63,966 nt of DNA, filler included, from Thermodesulfobacteriota bacterium (GCA_036381125.1; 8 parts of 8 records of this genome joined end to end with filler, not necessarily neighbours in it); one strand, 5' to 3'; counted from the first letter of the whole stretch, positions 8,677-18,046 are shown. The notes: generated from the letters alone by a model not told the origin. Numbers and translations are program-made.

Positions 8677-9813
8677 GTGGACGCGCTCGTCTTCCTCTGG
8701 CCCGCCCTGGCCGCCGGTCTCGTCCTGGCGGGCATCCACGCCTACCTCGGTCTTCACGTTCTCGTGCGCGGCGTCATCTTCGTCGATCTGGCGCTCGCCC
8801 AGGCGGCGGCGCTCGGCGCGGCGGTGGCGACGCTGGCGGGCCACCCGTCCCAGGGGGCGACGACCTTCGGCTACTCGCTGGCCTTCGCGCTCGGGGGAGC
8901 CGGCCTGCTGGCGCTCTCGCGGCAGCGGCACCCGCGTGTGCCGCAGGAGGCGCTCATCGGGGTCGTGTACGTCGTCGCGGCTGCCCTCGTCGTGCTCGTC
9001 CTCGACCGGTCGCCCGAGGGAGCCGAGCGCGTCAAGGGGCTCCTGCTCGGCGACATCGTCACCATCGATGCGGCGCACGTCGGGACGCTGGCGCTGCTCT
9101 ACGCCGCCGTCGGCGCGATCCTGGCCGAGGGCGTGGGACGCCGCCTCGCGATCGGCTGGACCGTGGGGGAGGCCGGCGCCGTGGCCGGGCTCGGCGCCTC
9201 GCTCGCCTTCGACCTGCCGACCGGCGCGGCGATCGTCTCGCTGCTCGGGCTCGCGCTCCTCGGCGTCCTGGCTGCCCGCGCGGCCCTCGGCCCCCGGGGG
9301 CGGCGGCGAGAAAGCCTCGCGCGGGCCGGGCGCGTGGTCGTGGCCGGGGGCGGCATCGCGCTCGCCGCCGCAGGCGCCGGCCTGGCCGCCTTCCCGGCCT
9401 GGAGCTACGGCTGGCTCACGCTGATCGAGCGGGCGCTGCCGCTCGTCGAGACCGCCTTCCTCACGCCGGCCGAGCGGCAGGTCCGCGAGGACACGCTCCG
9501 GACGGCCGCCTGGAACGAGGCGGAGGTCGCCCGACTCGCGGCCGTGCGGGAGGCCGTGCGGTTCGGGGCGCGGACCATGGACGCCGAGGCCGAGGACCGG
9601 CTCCGGCAGTACCTCCTCGCGCGGCAGGAGATCGCGGCCGGCGACCGGTTCGTGCTCGCGGCGCTCCGGGGCCGCGCGCGGGCCAGGCAGCGCTTCGTCG
9701 TCGGGGTCCCGCTCGTCGTCGGCGGCGTCGCTCTGGCCTTGTGGTCCGTCCGGCAGCGCTATGGGAGTGGAAGGGCGGGGTTGGTGCCCCACTCTAAGGC
9801 ACGGATTAGCTGA
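8677..9813 (+). CDS. Metal ABC transporter permease (ZnuB-like) with probable internal deletion and C-terminal extension
   Basis: YLGLHVLVRGVIFVDLALAQ, PQEALIGVVYVVA and FDLPTGAAIV. The conserved central segment appears to be missing at about 9110. Confidence 0.7.
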   Translation: MDALVFLWPALAAGLVLAGIHAYLGLHVLVRGVIFVDLALAQAAALGAAVATLAGHPSQGATTFGYSLAFALGGAGLLALSRQRHPRVPQEALIGVVYVVAAALVVLVLDRSPEGAERVKGLLLGDIVTIDAAHVGTLALLYAAVGAILAEGVGRRLAIGWTVGEAGAVAGLGASLAFDLPTGAAIVSLLGLALLGVLAARAALGPRGRRRESLARAGRVVVAGGGIALAAAGAGLAAFPAWSYGWLTLIERALPLVETAFLTPAERQVREDTLRTAAWNEAEVARLAAVREAVRFGARTMDAEAEDRLRQYLLARQEIAAGDRFVLAALRGRARARQRFVVGVPLVVGGVALALWSVRQRYGSGRAGLVPHSKARIS

Positions 9814-12800
9814 TAAGGCCTCGACTCAAGGCACGCTGCTGCTCCCACAGTTCAATGCTACGGAATATCGTATGCTCTGCCAACGGAAGCAAAGCCAAGC
9901 GAGGTCTCAAAGCCGCCCTGAGTTTGCGAAGGACCCGGCTCACCAGACGACCAGTGGTCAGGACAGTGAGCACCAAGTCAAGTACCGCCAACTTCTGGTG
10001 ATACAGCGCCTGTTCCAGCCAAACGGTTCGTATTAGACTAGCCAGTATGACTACGGCTCGATCCTCATCGCATTCCGGCCCTTGTAGCAGATCAAAGACT
10101 CGGGCTGTCTTTCGGTCGACATTCATTTCTCCATCAAGTAGCATCCCGAGTAGCGTTTCCGCATCGACGGACAGGAAGTGATAGTTGCCGCCCACGAGCT
10201 TCCTTATCGCATCCCGGTATCCTTTCGCTTCTAGCAGGCCGCGATCCCGCATGGCCTGCAAGACTGTTTGGGTCCAGAGCCCGTCCACGCCCCACTCAGC
10301 TTGTGCGACACGACGAAGTGCGAGGTCGTCGGCGTAAAGCGGCGCTCCATGTTCGCTCGCAACTAAGGCGGCCGCCGCGGAGGCTTTCCCAAGAACTTGC
10401 TCAAACTCCTCCAATCGAGCCTTGCCCAGGGTTAGAGCCGCGGATACAGGCACAACCTGCGCGCTCGATGAGATAAACTGGAGGATCGTCTCAGGCACCG
10501 TTCTCCTTCGTGTCCATGCCTCGGGGCTGATCTCCTCGTGTACGTATCGGTCTCCGATCCTCGCCAATGTGCCGGCGGGTGGTGGCAACATGTCGTCTTC
10601 GACAATGGCCTCTGTAAGAGCATCGATCACCGCCTGCGGCACGAGAAGCCGTTCGACGAGCTTCGGCAGTAGCGGCAAGAGGTTGAGGTAGTGAATCCCC
10701 AAGAGGGCCGTTAGATCGACTACTATCGTCCGCGCCGTAGCAAGCAGTTCTCTTTCTTTTGCGAGCTCCTCGGCAATACCTCCCGAAGCCACGAGACGGG
10801 CTTCTGGCATCGAAATCAACCCCATCCAGGTGTCGATCAGGCTACTATGAGTCGCCTTTGCGACAGCGCCAAGAGGGAACTGTCCCGTGCGATGGAGCTT
10901 AACAGCCGCCTCCACCTGACGCGCACGCGCATCGACCGCAGCGAGGATCTTCGAGACATCGCCTTCGGCTATTTCGAGTCGATGCAAGCCTTTGTTCTCG
11001 GGGAACCATGTGGTGAACGTACTGAACGTCTCCTGGAAGGCGAAGACGTATTTGCTCTGCACGTCGACGACCTCATAAGGCGGCTCTTCGAATGGCTCGC
11101 TCCTCAGAGACACACGGCCCCCTTTGCGGAGTCCCAAGAGTCTCTTCGCCAAAGGATCATCCAGGGCAAGCTCGCAACGCTCTAGTTGGGGAGTTCCCTC
11201 TGCTAGAAGTGTAAAGTGCCGTTTCTCTGCCCCGCGCCTAAGGTGGACAGTGCAATCGGGAACAACATGATCGACGGACAGGACCGCCTCGTCTGATTTC
11301 TCATGGGCGAGAAACAGCCCTGCGTACTGCAAGTGGATCTGCGGGTCGTTGAACCCAATGCGCCGCGCTAGGTATGCGAGCGCCAGGGCACCATCGAGTC
11401 CAAGTAATCGACGCGCCTGTGCGACCTCCATAAGCGCACGGGCGTTCTGTTCGATATCTTGCCTTCTGATGGAGGTGACGAGCGTGCGAGCGGAATCCCG
11501 ATCACCCATCCGAATGTCCAACTTAACGAGGCGCAGGCGGTGCTCAATACGGTCTGGTTCGAGGGCCGCAAGGGCAGCTGTTAACTTTCTCGCCTCTCGG
11601 ATATCGCCGATGTACTCGAGAATGCGCGCCTCGACCTCGGAGACGACGGGTATAGGGCCAGTGTCTCCACGAATGCTCTTGGCGATGAGAAACGCCTCGC
11701 GTAGTGAACCCGAGTTGAGCAGGCTGATTAGATATTTCCGAAGAATAGGGTTGTCGCGCTGGGTGTCGGCGATACGCCCAAGCGTCTCTGCCGCTTCTGG
11801 ATATCGCTGTTGCTCGTAGTACAGAAGACCGAGATCGAGAGCGATTCTCTCGCTTTGAGGCCCTGATGAGTATCCAAGAGCTTCGCGGAGAAGCTCTATC
11901 GCTTCGTCTGGACGCCTTTGGGCCCGCCGGCAACGAGCTGCTGCCGCCAGTGCCTCGGGGTCGGCTGGCCAGGTCCGACTAATGGACCGAAGCACCTCCT
12001 CGGCGGCCGGCATATCGCCGTCTTCGGCAAGGGCGACGGCAAGTATCTCGGATATCACGAGTTGCTCAGCGTCGTGGAGGTCGGGACGCCAAAGCCGCCT
12101 GAGCAGGGTCGCGGCGTCCGCCGGTCGTCCAACCCGTCGGAGGGTTTGAGCTACAAGTGCCGCGATATCCGGATCGTCCTGTCCCTGTGGGATGCGCTGG
12201 AGAGTCGCTAATGCCTCTTCCGCCTTCCCGGTCTCGAGAAGGGCCGACGCTTTGAGCTTGCTGGCTCGACGCTGTGAGGCATCGAGTAGCAGCGCCCGGT
12301 CGCAATCAGCGGCTGCTTCTTCAGCTCTTCCAAGAAGGAGACGCACGGCTGCGCGGTTCGTGAGAGCGTCACTAAGGCGTGACGGGCTCTCGTGGTCCTC
12401 AAGTAAGACCACGGCTCGCGACAGTGCCTCTTCTGCTCGCTCGGCTGGGTCACGCTGGGCCGCCGACAATCGCCAAGGGAGGGGAGGGTTCGAAGCTATG
12501 GACTCCTGTACCGGATTGAAGAGCGCTTGGGCCAGTAGCGCATGAGCGTCAGGATCCTCCGGCTGCTCCTGGACAGCTCTGCGAAGGAAGGGCATCGACT
12601 CGGCGTATCGGCCTCTACGATTCCAAAGCTCACCAAGTACGAGAGCGCATGTCCCGTCAGCGGCTATCCAGGGTTCGGCTGCGAGAAGGTCTTGAATCTC
12701 GTCCGTGTGGCCTAGTCGATCAAGCGCTTGAATATAGACAGCCCTAGCTTGCGGGTCGTTAGGGGCGAGGCCTCTGGCTTCAGTGCTCAGCCGCCTTGCC

Positions 12801-13702
12801 TCCTCTAGCTCGTCTCTGAGGAGGGCGGCAGTAGCTGCGTTCGTCAGCGCCGTTGGATGACCCGGACGCAACGCCAATGCGACATCGAACTGCCGAACGG
12901 CAAACGTGGTATCGCCCAGTTGGAGCGCACACGCCCCAAGGTTCGTGGCAAGCCGGAACGCGATGTCGACTGAAGGTGAGGTATCGCCGATCTCGGCACG
13001 AACGGCCTCCAACAGTTGGCGTGCGCTGCGGGCGCGTCCGCGGATGAGTAGAGAGCGGGCCGCGTCGATCTTGGCGTGTACCTTAAGGTCCGAGGTCTCG
13101 CGAGCCCGGCCGGAGTCATCTGGTGGAATACGAGGAGCCAGATCGCTTGCAGGTGCCCTTTGCATCTGGATTTCGCGGAGCGATTGGCGCTGTAAATCGA
13201 GCAGTTGCTGAGTTGATTCGTCAACGCGGCTGAGAATGTCTGCCGCGCGCGCCTGTCGATCTAGTACCGCTGAAGTCAGCACCTCTGTTCGGGCTGCTAA
13301 GGTTGGCAGTCCCTCGTCTGTCTTGAGTAGTTCATACTCGAGGTGCTTCGCGAATGTCGTCAGGATTTGGTGTGCGGCCGCGCGGCTATCGCCGGCTGCT
13401 TCAAGTTGCGTTTGCTGGATGAAGCCGTCAACGAGGTCCACGTCGACGATGTCGCGATCGCCGGCCCTGAGGCGCTTCACAGTGCGCTCAAAGTCGGCGC
13501 TGCCGATCCAGGCTTCAAGAGCGAAGGTCACGGTGAGTCGCGTGATTGGAAGGTCGCCACAGTCGGCTTGCGTAGCAGCGATAGCCCGTCGTACCGGAGG
13601 GGTGCGAACCAGTGCCGCGAAGCCGCCCCTAGCAGCGGCGCTGATGATCGGGCTAGCAACCTTCCAGAGCAGTTCAGTTAGCGTTATCCCGTCAAGCATC
13701 AC
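9806..13702 (-). CDS. TPR-repeat / GreA-GreB-C-like / PIN-domain protein, candidate antiviral or conflict protein
   Basis: Many TPR-like repeats (about aa 210-800). LALDDPLAKRLLGLRKGGRV is GreA/B-C-like. TIVVDLTALL...LLVPQAVIDAL and LYADDLALRRVA are PIN-like. GC is visibly lower than the flanks. Confidence 0.75.
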   Translation of the reverse strand: MMLDGITLTELLWKVASPIISAAARGGFAALVRTPPVRRAIAATQADCGDLPITRLTVTFALEAWIGSADFERTVKRLRAGDRDIVDVDLVDGFIQQTQLEAAGDSRAAAHQILTTFAKHLEYELLKTDEGLPTLAARTEVLTSAVLDRQARAADILSRVDESTQQLLDLQRQSLREIQMQRAPASDLAPRIPPDDSGRARETSDLKVHAKIDAARSLLIRGRARSARQLLEAVRAEIGDTSPSVDIAFRLATNLGACALQLGDTTFAVRQFDVALALRPGHPTALTNAATAALLRDELEEARRLSTEARGLAPNDPQARAVYIQALDRLGHTDEIQDLLAAEPWIAADGTCALVLGELWNRRGRYAESMPFLRRAVQEQPEDPDAHALLAQALFNPVQESIASNPPLPWRLSAAQRDPAERAEEALSRAVVLLEDHESPSRLSDALTNRAAVRLLLGRAEEAAADCDRALLLDASQRRASKLKASALLETGKAEEALATLQRIPQGQDDPDIAALVAQTLRRVGRPADAATLLRRLWRPDLHDAEQLVISEILAVALAEDGDMPAAEEVLRSISRTWPADPEALAAAARCRRAQRRPDEAIELLREALGYSSGPQSERIALDLGLLYYEQQRYPEAAETLGRIADTQRDNPILRKYLISLLNSGSLREAFLIAKSIRGDTGPIPVVSEVEARILEYIGDIREARKLTAALAALEPDRIEHRLRLVKLDIRMGDRDSARTLVTSIRRQDIEQNARALMEVAQARRLLGLDGALALAYLARRIGFNDPQIHLQYAGLFLAHEKSDEAVLSVDHVVPDCTVHLRRGAEKRHFTLLAEGTPQLERCELALDDPLAKRLLGLRKGGRVSLRSEPFEEPPYEVVDVQSKYVFAFQETFSTFTTWFPENKGLHRLEIAEGDVSKILAAVDARARQVEAAVKLHRTGQFPLGAVAKATHSSLIDTWMGLISMPEARLVASGGIAEELAKERELLATARTIVVDLTALLGIHYLNLLPLLPKLVERLLVPQAVIDALTEAIVEDDMLPPPAGTLARIGDRYVHEEISPEAWTRRRTVPETILQFISSSAQVVPVSAALTLGKARLEEFEQVLGKASAAAALVASEHGAPLYADDLALRRVAQAEWGVDGLWTQTVLQAMRDRGLLEAKGYRDAIRKLVGGNYHFLSVDAETLLGMLLDGEMNVDRKTARVFDLLQGPECDEDRAVVILASLIRTVWLEQALYHQKLAVLDLVLTVLTTGRLVSRVLRKLRAALRPRLALLPLAEHTIFRSIELWEQQRALSRGLIS

Positions 13703-14106
13703 GATCGCCTCAGTGACTACGGTTCGGGTGCACCTAATAGATCCGTCCCGGACCCGGTAACCGTTGCCCTACCTCCCGCACCGCGCATCACCGGCTTCTG
13801 AAAGTTCTTGCGCCGGCCGCGTGACACGCGATCCACAAGCCGTACCGTGATGAGAGACGCAACCGCGAGCTTCTTGGAAGCGCTGAATCTTTCAGGGTTC
13901 GCAAAGCCGCCACCCGCGTTCTCCTACTGGCAGGAGGAGCCGGAGCAGGGGGGACCGTGAGATAGATGCAGTTCCCGCTCACAGCGTAGCTCGGCCGACA
14001 GCCCGCCCTAGAACCTGTTATGCACCTCCCGCTGCCGGCATCCGAACGATTCGGGCCAGCGCGAGACCGGCGACGGCTATGAGACCGAGTCCGACGCCCT
14101 CGCGGG

Positions 14107-15312
14107 CTACGGCGGCTGCCAGGCCGACGCCCAACTCGGTCCGGACCGAGTTCGCGTCGGGTCGGTGGCCCGGCACGCCGTGGCGTAGACGCGCCCCGGC
14201 TCCCGCACCAGCGACGGGCCCCAGGGGCCGAAGACCTGCTCGGCTTCGTAGGCGTTGTGCGCCCGGCAGCGCAGCTCGATGTTCTCCGCCGTCGCCGGCC
14301 CGCCCGCGGCGTAGGGCCGCACGTGGTGGAACTCGAGCCACCCGCGCTCCGTGCACCGGCGCCCCTTTGGGCTCACGAAGGCGCACCGCCCGCCATCCCG
14401 GGCCCAGACCGCCCGCCTGACCGCCGCCGGGACGTGCCGCGAGCCCGGGGTAGGCGTCTTGCCCACCCGCGGCCGGTCGGTAGCCGCGGCTTTCTGCTTC
14501 AAGAGCGCCTCGACGAGGACGGTGAGGGCGCGGTCGAGGACCTGCCCGACGTCCCCGTCGGGGATCTGGTGGCGCAGCAGGTCCTGCGCCAGCCGGAGCT
14601 TGGCATGGGTCTCCGCGCTCGCGGTGAACTGGACCTTGTAGCGCGCGGGCGCCAGGGGCGCGACGATCGGCGGCCGCGCGGGCGGTGCCGGGGCGGGCGC
14701 CGGCGGTGCGGCCGCCGGCGGTGACGAGGCGTGGTCGCCACCCTGGGGCGAGCGGGACCCCGTCGGCAGCGGCGCATCGCCCGGGATCGGGGGCACGGAC
14801 GGGCGGACCGCCGGCGCCTCGGCCGGGGGCGAAGGCGCCGCGACCGGTGCCGTCCGCGGCGTCGGCAGGCGGCGGACCGAGGCGGGCACGGGGGGCTGGG
14901 GGCGGAGCGAGGCCACCAGGACCTCGACCTCGCGCCGGCTCTTGTGGCGGGCCCGCGCCAGCAGGTCCCGGTGGTTCTCAGGCGTGAGGTGGGCCGCGAG
15001 TAGCCCGACGGCGGTGAGGGTGACCGACCCGTCGGCGAGCCGGTCGAGGACGACGGGATAGCGTCGCGCCACACGAGCCGCCTCGATACGCCCGTACGCG
15101 GCGTGCTCGGACAGGTGGAGGCATTGGGTGCAGTAGGCGAAGAGCGACGGGTAGCCCTCGGCCAGGTAGAGGCGCCGCGCGTCGAGTTCGGCCAGGTGGG
15201 CGATCAACGCGACGGTCGCCTCGCGCTCCTGCGCGGCAAGCCGGGCGACCTGGGTGAGGAGGTCGGCGTCGGAGAGTCCAGTGAGAGAGGCGAGTCTGAT
15301 CGTCGGAGCCAT
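14107..15312 (-). CDS. DUF222-like N-terminal domain plus HNH endonuclease
   Basis: Helical N-terminus (LAELDARRLYLAEGYPSLFAYC), a Pro-rich linker, and C-terminal VRRAVWARDGGRCAF...RRC...LEFHHVRPYAAGG...NIELRCRAHN. GGAG RBS. Confidence 0.85.
   Translation of the reverse strand: MAPTIRLASLTGLSDADLLTQVARLAAQEREATVALIAHLAELDARRLYLAEGYPSLFAYCTQCLHLSEHAAYGRIEAARVARRYPVVLDRLADGSVTLTAVGLLAAHLTPENHRDLLARARHKSRREVEVLVASLRPQPPVPASVRRLPTPRTAPVAAPSPPAEAPAVRPSVPPIPGDAPLPTGSRSPQGGDHASSPPAAAPPAPAPAPPARPPIVAPLAPARYKVQFTASAETHAKLRLAQDLLRHQIPDGDVGQVLDRALTVLVEALLKQKAAATDRPRVGKTPTPGSRHVPAAVRRAVWARDGGRCAFVSPKGRRCTERGWLEFHHVRPYAAGGPATAENIELRCRAHNAYEAEQVFGPWGPSLVREPGRVYATACRATDPTRTRSGPSWASAWQPP
14133..14152. repeat. 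Perfect 20-bp palindrome, copy 1 (inside the 3' end of the HNH gene)
   Basis: AACTCGGTCCGGACCGAGTT. The stem can extend with CCGACGC (14124-14130) and GCGTCGG (14154-14160). Confidence 0.9.
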
Positions 15313-15527
15313 GCTCCGTTTCTATCATGAGGGTTTCGGCAGGCTCTCCACGTGCCCCTGTGCGATGCGCGCCGCCCCGATCGGCTGGTGCGCCTCCGGT
15401 CGCGCAAACCGCGCCTGGCGGCCCATCCTGGGCCGCGGAGGGCCGATCTACGGGCGAACCATCGCGCGCTGCAGGCTCGCCGTGCGCGCTGTCAAGGATT
15501 TTTTCGAGGTCGTGCGTGTATCACCGC

Positions 15528-15547
15528 AACTCGGTCCGAACCGAGTT
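15528..15547. repeat. 20-bp near-palindrome, copy 2 (upstream of the HNH gene)
   Basis: AACTCGGTCCGAACCGAGTT, one mismatch to copy 1. It is flanked by a pairing C and G. Confidence 0.9.
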
Positions 15548-15611
15548 GAGCCGCTCGGCGGGCCGGTACCGCGGGGAATCAGTGAGCCCGCGAGCAGGAA
15601 GAGCGCGCCCC

Positions 15612-17528
15612 TCACGCGGCCCGCGCCCGCCGCCCCTCGATCGCCTGCCAGCCGAGGACGAGGGCGAACCCCGCGAGCCCGGCCGCGTCGGCCACCGGGT
15701 GGCCGTACACCAGGGCGAGCCCCGAAGCGACCAGGATCACCCGCTGCGGCCAGGAAGCCCGGTGCAGGAGGAAGCCGCCCGCGCCTGCCACGAGCGCCCA
15801 GATCCCGGCCACCGCGGTGCCGACCGCGAGCACCACCTGCGGCGCGGGGCCCTCGAGCAGCAGGCCCATCCCCTCGGGCGTCAGGACGAACATGAACGGC
15901 ACGACGAAGGCGGGCAGGGCGTACTTCCAGGTGATCCACATGGTCCGGTACGGGCTGCCGCCCGTGATGGCCGAGACGGCGAAGCAGGAGAGGGCGGTCG
16001 GCGGCGAGACCTCCGAGAGGAGCGCGTAGTAGAAGATGAACATGTGCGCCGCGGCCTCGGGGACGCCCACGGTCTTGAGGGCCGGCGCCAGCATGACCGC
16101 CGCGATGATGTAGGACGCGGTGATCGGCAGGGCGAGGCCGAGCACGAGGAGCGCCAGGGCCGTGTAGAGCGCAGTGAGGAAGAGGCTGCCGCCCGCGAAC
16201 TGCACGATGATGCCGGAGAACTTGAGGCCGAGGCCGGTCAGGTTCACGACGCCGACCAGGATGCCCGCCACGGCGCAGGTTGCGGCGACCGGCAGGATGG
16301 CGAGGGCGCCCCCCTCGAGCGCCTTGAGGAGCTTCGGCGGCGTCAGCATGGTGTCCCGCCTGAGGAAGCTCGTGGCGACGGCGACGGCGATGCACCAGAA
16401 GACGGCCCACATCGCCGAGAAGCCCATGGCGAGGAAGACCACGATGGCCACCAGGCTCGTGAAGTGGAACCAGTACCGGCGAACCAGCGGCCCGAGCGCC
16501 GGCACGTCCAGGTCGACCCGCCGCTCGCCGATCGTCCGCGCGTCGAGCTCGATCATGAGGAAGATCGAGAGGTAGTAGAGCACCGTGGGGACGATGGCCC
16601 ACTGGATGACCTTGAGGTACGAGACCTGCGTCAGCTCGGCGATGATGAAGGAGGCCGCCCCCATGACGGGGGGCGAGAGCACGGCGCCGATGCCGCCGGC
16701 GGAGAGGACCGCCCCGGCCGCCTCGCGCGAGTAGCCCGCCTGCCGCAGGAGGGGGAAGGTCACCGAGCCGAGCGTCACGGCGGTCGCCACGCCGCTGCCC
16801 GAGGGGCCGCCGAGGAGGAACGAGGCGAGCGTCACGGTCCGTCCCGGACCGGCCCTCTTGCGCCCCATCGCGGCCAGCGAGAAGTCGACGAAGAACTTCC
16901 CCGCGCCCGACTGGTCCAGGACGGCGCCGTAGACCGTGAAGAGGATGATGAAGGTGGCCGAGACGGCGATCGGCGTCGAGAAGATGCCCTCGAGCGTCAT
17001 GTACTGGAGTCCCACCACCCGCTCGAGGTCGTACCCGCGGTGCCCCCAGGGGGCCGGCAGCCAGGTGCCGTAGAAGGCATAGGCGAGCGCCAGCACGGCG
17101 AGCGCCGGCAGCATCCAGCCGGTGGTGCGGCGCGCCGCCTCGAGGACGAGGAGGATGGTCGCCACGCCGAAGACGACGTCCGCGGGGTCCATGAAGGACG
17201 CGCGCTCGACGAAGCCGTCGAAGTCGACGACCACGCGCGACATGGCGGCGGCGCCGATCAGCGCGAAGGCGAGGTCGAGGAGCGTCGGCCGGGCGGCGCG
17301 GTAGGCGGGGTAGAGGAGGAAGACCAGCGCGAGGACGAGGCCCACGTGGACCATGCGCATGATCTGCGCCGGCACCACGCCGACGGCTGACCAGAGGCCC
17401 CAGAGGCTCGTGGCCACGGCGAGGAGGCCGACGAGGCCGCGCGGCCATCCGTGGAGCTTCCGCGCCCCGCCCTCGTACTTCTCCAGGATCTCCTGGACCT
17501 GCGCCTCGTTCAGGCCGGGCTCGGACAC
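15612..17528 (-). CDS. TRAP transporter fused permease (4TM/12TM, TAXI-type)
   Basis: Highly hydrophobic, with LEAARRTTGW, GIFSTPIAVSATFIILF, PPVMGAASFIIAE and AAHMFIFYYALLSEVSPP. GTG start with an AAGGAGG RBS. Confidence 0.9.
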   Translation of the reverse strand: MSEPGLNEAQVQEILEKYEGGARKLHGWPRGLVGLLAVATSLWGLWSAVGVVPAQIMRMVHVGLVLALVFLLYPAYRAARPTLLDLAFALIGAAAMSRVVVDFDGFVERASFMDPADVVFGVATILLVLEAARRTTGWMLPALAVLALAYAFYGTWLPAPWGHRGYDLERVVGLQYMTLEGIFSTPIAVSATFIILFTVYGAVLDQSGAGKFFVDFSLAAMGRKRAGPGRTVTLASFLLGGPSGSGVATAVTLGSVTFPLLRQAGYSREAAGAVLSAGGIGAVLSPPVMGAASFIIAELTQVSYLKVIQWAIVPTVLYYLSIFLMIELDARTIGERRVDLDVPALGPLVRRYWFHFTSLVAIVVFLAMGFSAMWAVFWCIAVAVATSFLRRDTMLTPPKLLKALEGGALAILPVAATCAVAGILVGVVNLTGLGLKFSGIIVQFAGGSLFLTALYTALALLVLGLALPITASYIIAAVMLAPALKTVGVPEAAAHMFIFYYALLSEVSPPTALSCFAVSAITGGSPYRTMWITWKYALPAFVVPFMFVLTPEGMGLLLEGPAPQVVLAVGTAVAGIWALVAGAGGFLLHRASWPQRVILVASGLALVYGHPVADAAGLAGFALVLGWQAIEGRRARAA

Positions 17529-18046
17529 GGCGCCTCCTTGTTGCCGGGTCGTCCGACCGCCGGCCGGAGGAGGGCGACGGCCGCCGGCCGCCACCGCACT
17601 TCGAGCGTCAGCGCGCCGCCCTCGCCCGCCAGGGCGCGCAGCGGAACGGTGCAGCCGTCGACGACCAGCGAGCGGTTGCCGATGGCCGTCGCCCGGATGC
17701 GCAGCCGCTCGTGCGCGAGGCCGAGCCGCACGAGCCGGACGTCGCCGTCGGCCGCCTGCACCGCGGCGCCCGGGATGTCGTAGTAGCCGACGATGTCGAG
17801 GCGCGTCGAGCGGATCTCCTCGAGCACGAGGCGCAGCCGCGCGTCCACCTCGAACCGCTCGCGCACCGGCACGTCGAACATCGAGTGCCGGTAGGTCAGC
17901 TCCACGCCCTCGCCGGGCGCCACGAGCCGGGCGAGGCGCGGCCGTCCCGGCGCGTCGGGGGTTGCCTCGAGCACCGGGACCGGCAGCGTCACGGCGCCGG
18001 CCAACAGCATCACCGCGAGGAGGTCGGGCCGGCAGCCGTGCGCCAC
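17510..18046 (-). CDS. DUF1850-like protein of the TAXI-TRAP operon
   Basis: ELTYRHSMFDVPVRERFEV motif, positioned between the TAXI receptor and the fused permease. Confidence 0.7.
   Translation of the reverse strand: MAHGCRPDLLAVMLLAGAVTLPVPVLEATPDAPGRPRLARLVAPGEGVELTYRHSMFDVPVRERFEVDARLRLVLEEIRSTRLDIVGYYDIPGAAVQAADGDVRLVRLGLAHERLRIRATAIGNRSLVVDGCTVPLRALAGEGGALTLEVRWRPAAVALLRPAVGRPGNKEAPCPSPA

Larger units (their letters stand above)
14133..15547 (-). mobile_element. Putative palindrome-bounded HNH element (about 1.4 kb)
   Basis: A single nuclease ORF and a 215-nt leader lie between two palindromes that are 19/20 identical. Mobility is inferred, not shown. Confidence 0.45.

Noticed and set aside
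14107-15312. HNH protein as IscB or Cas9-like
   Set aside because: No PLMP or split RuvC motifs and no CRISPR array. The architecture is a helical DUF222-like domain plus a C-terminal HNH.
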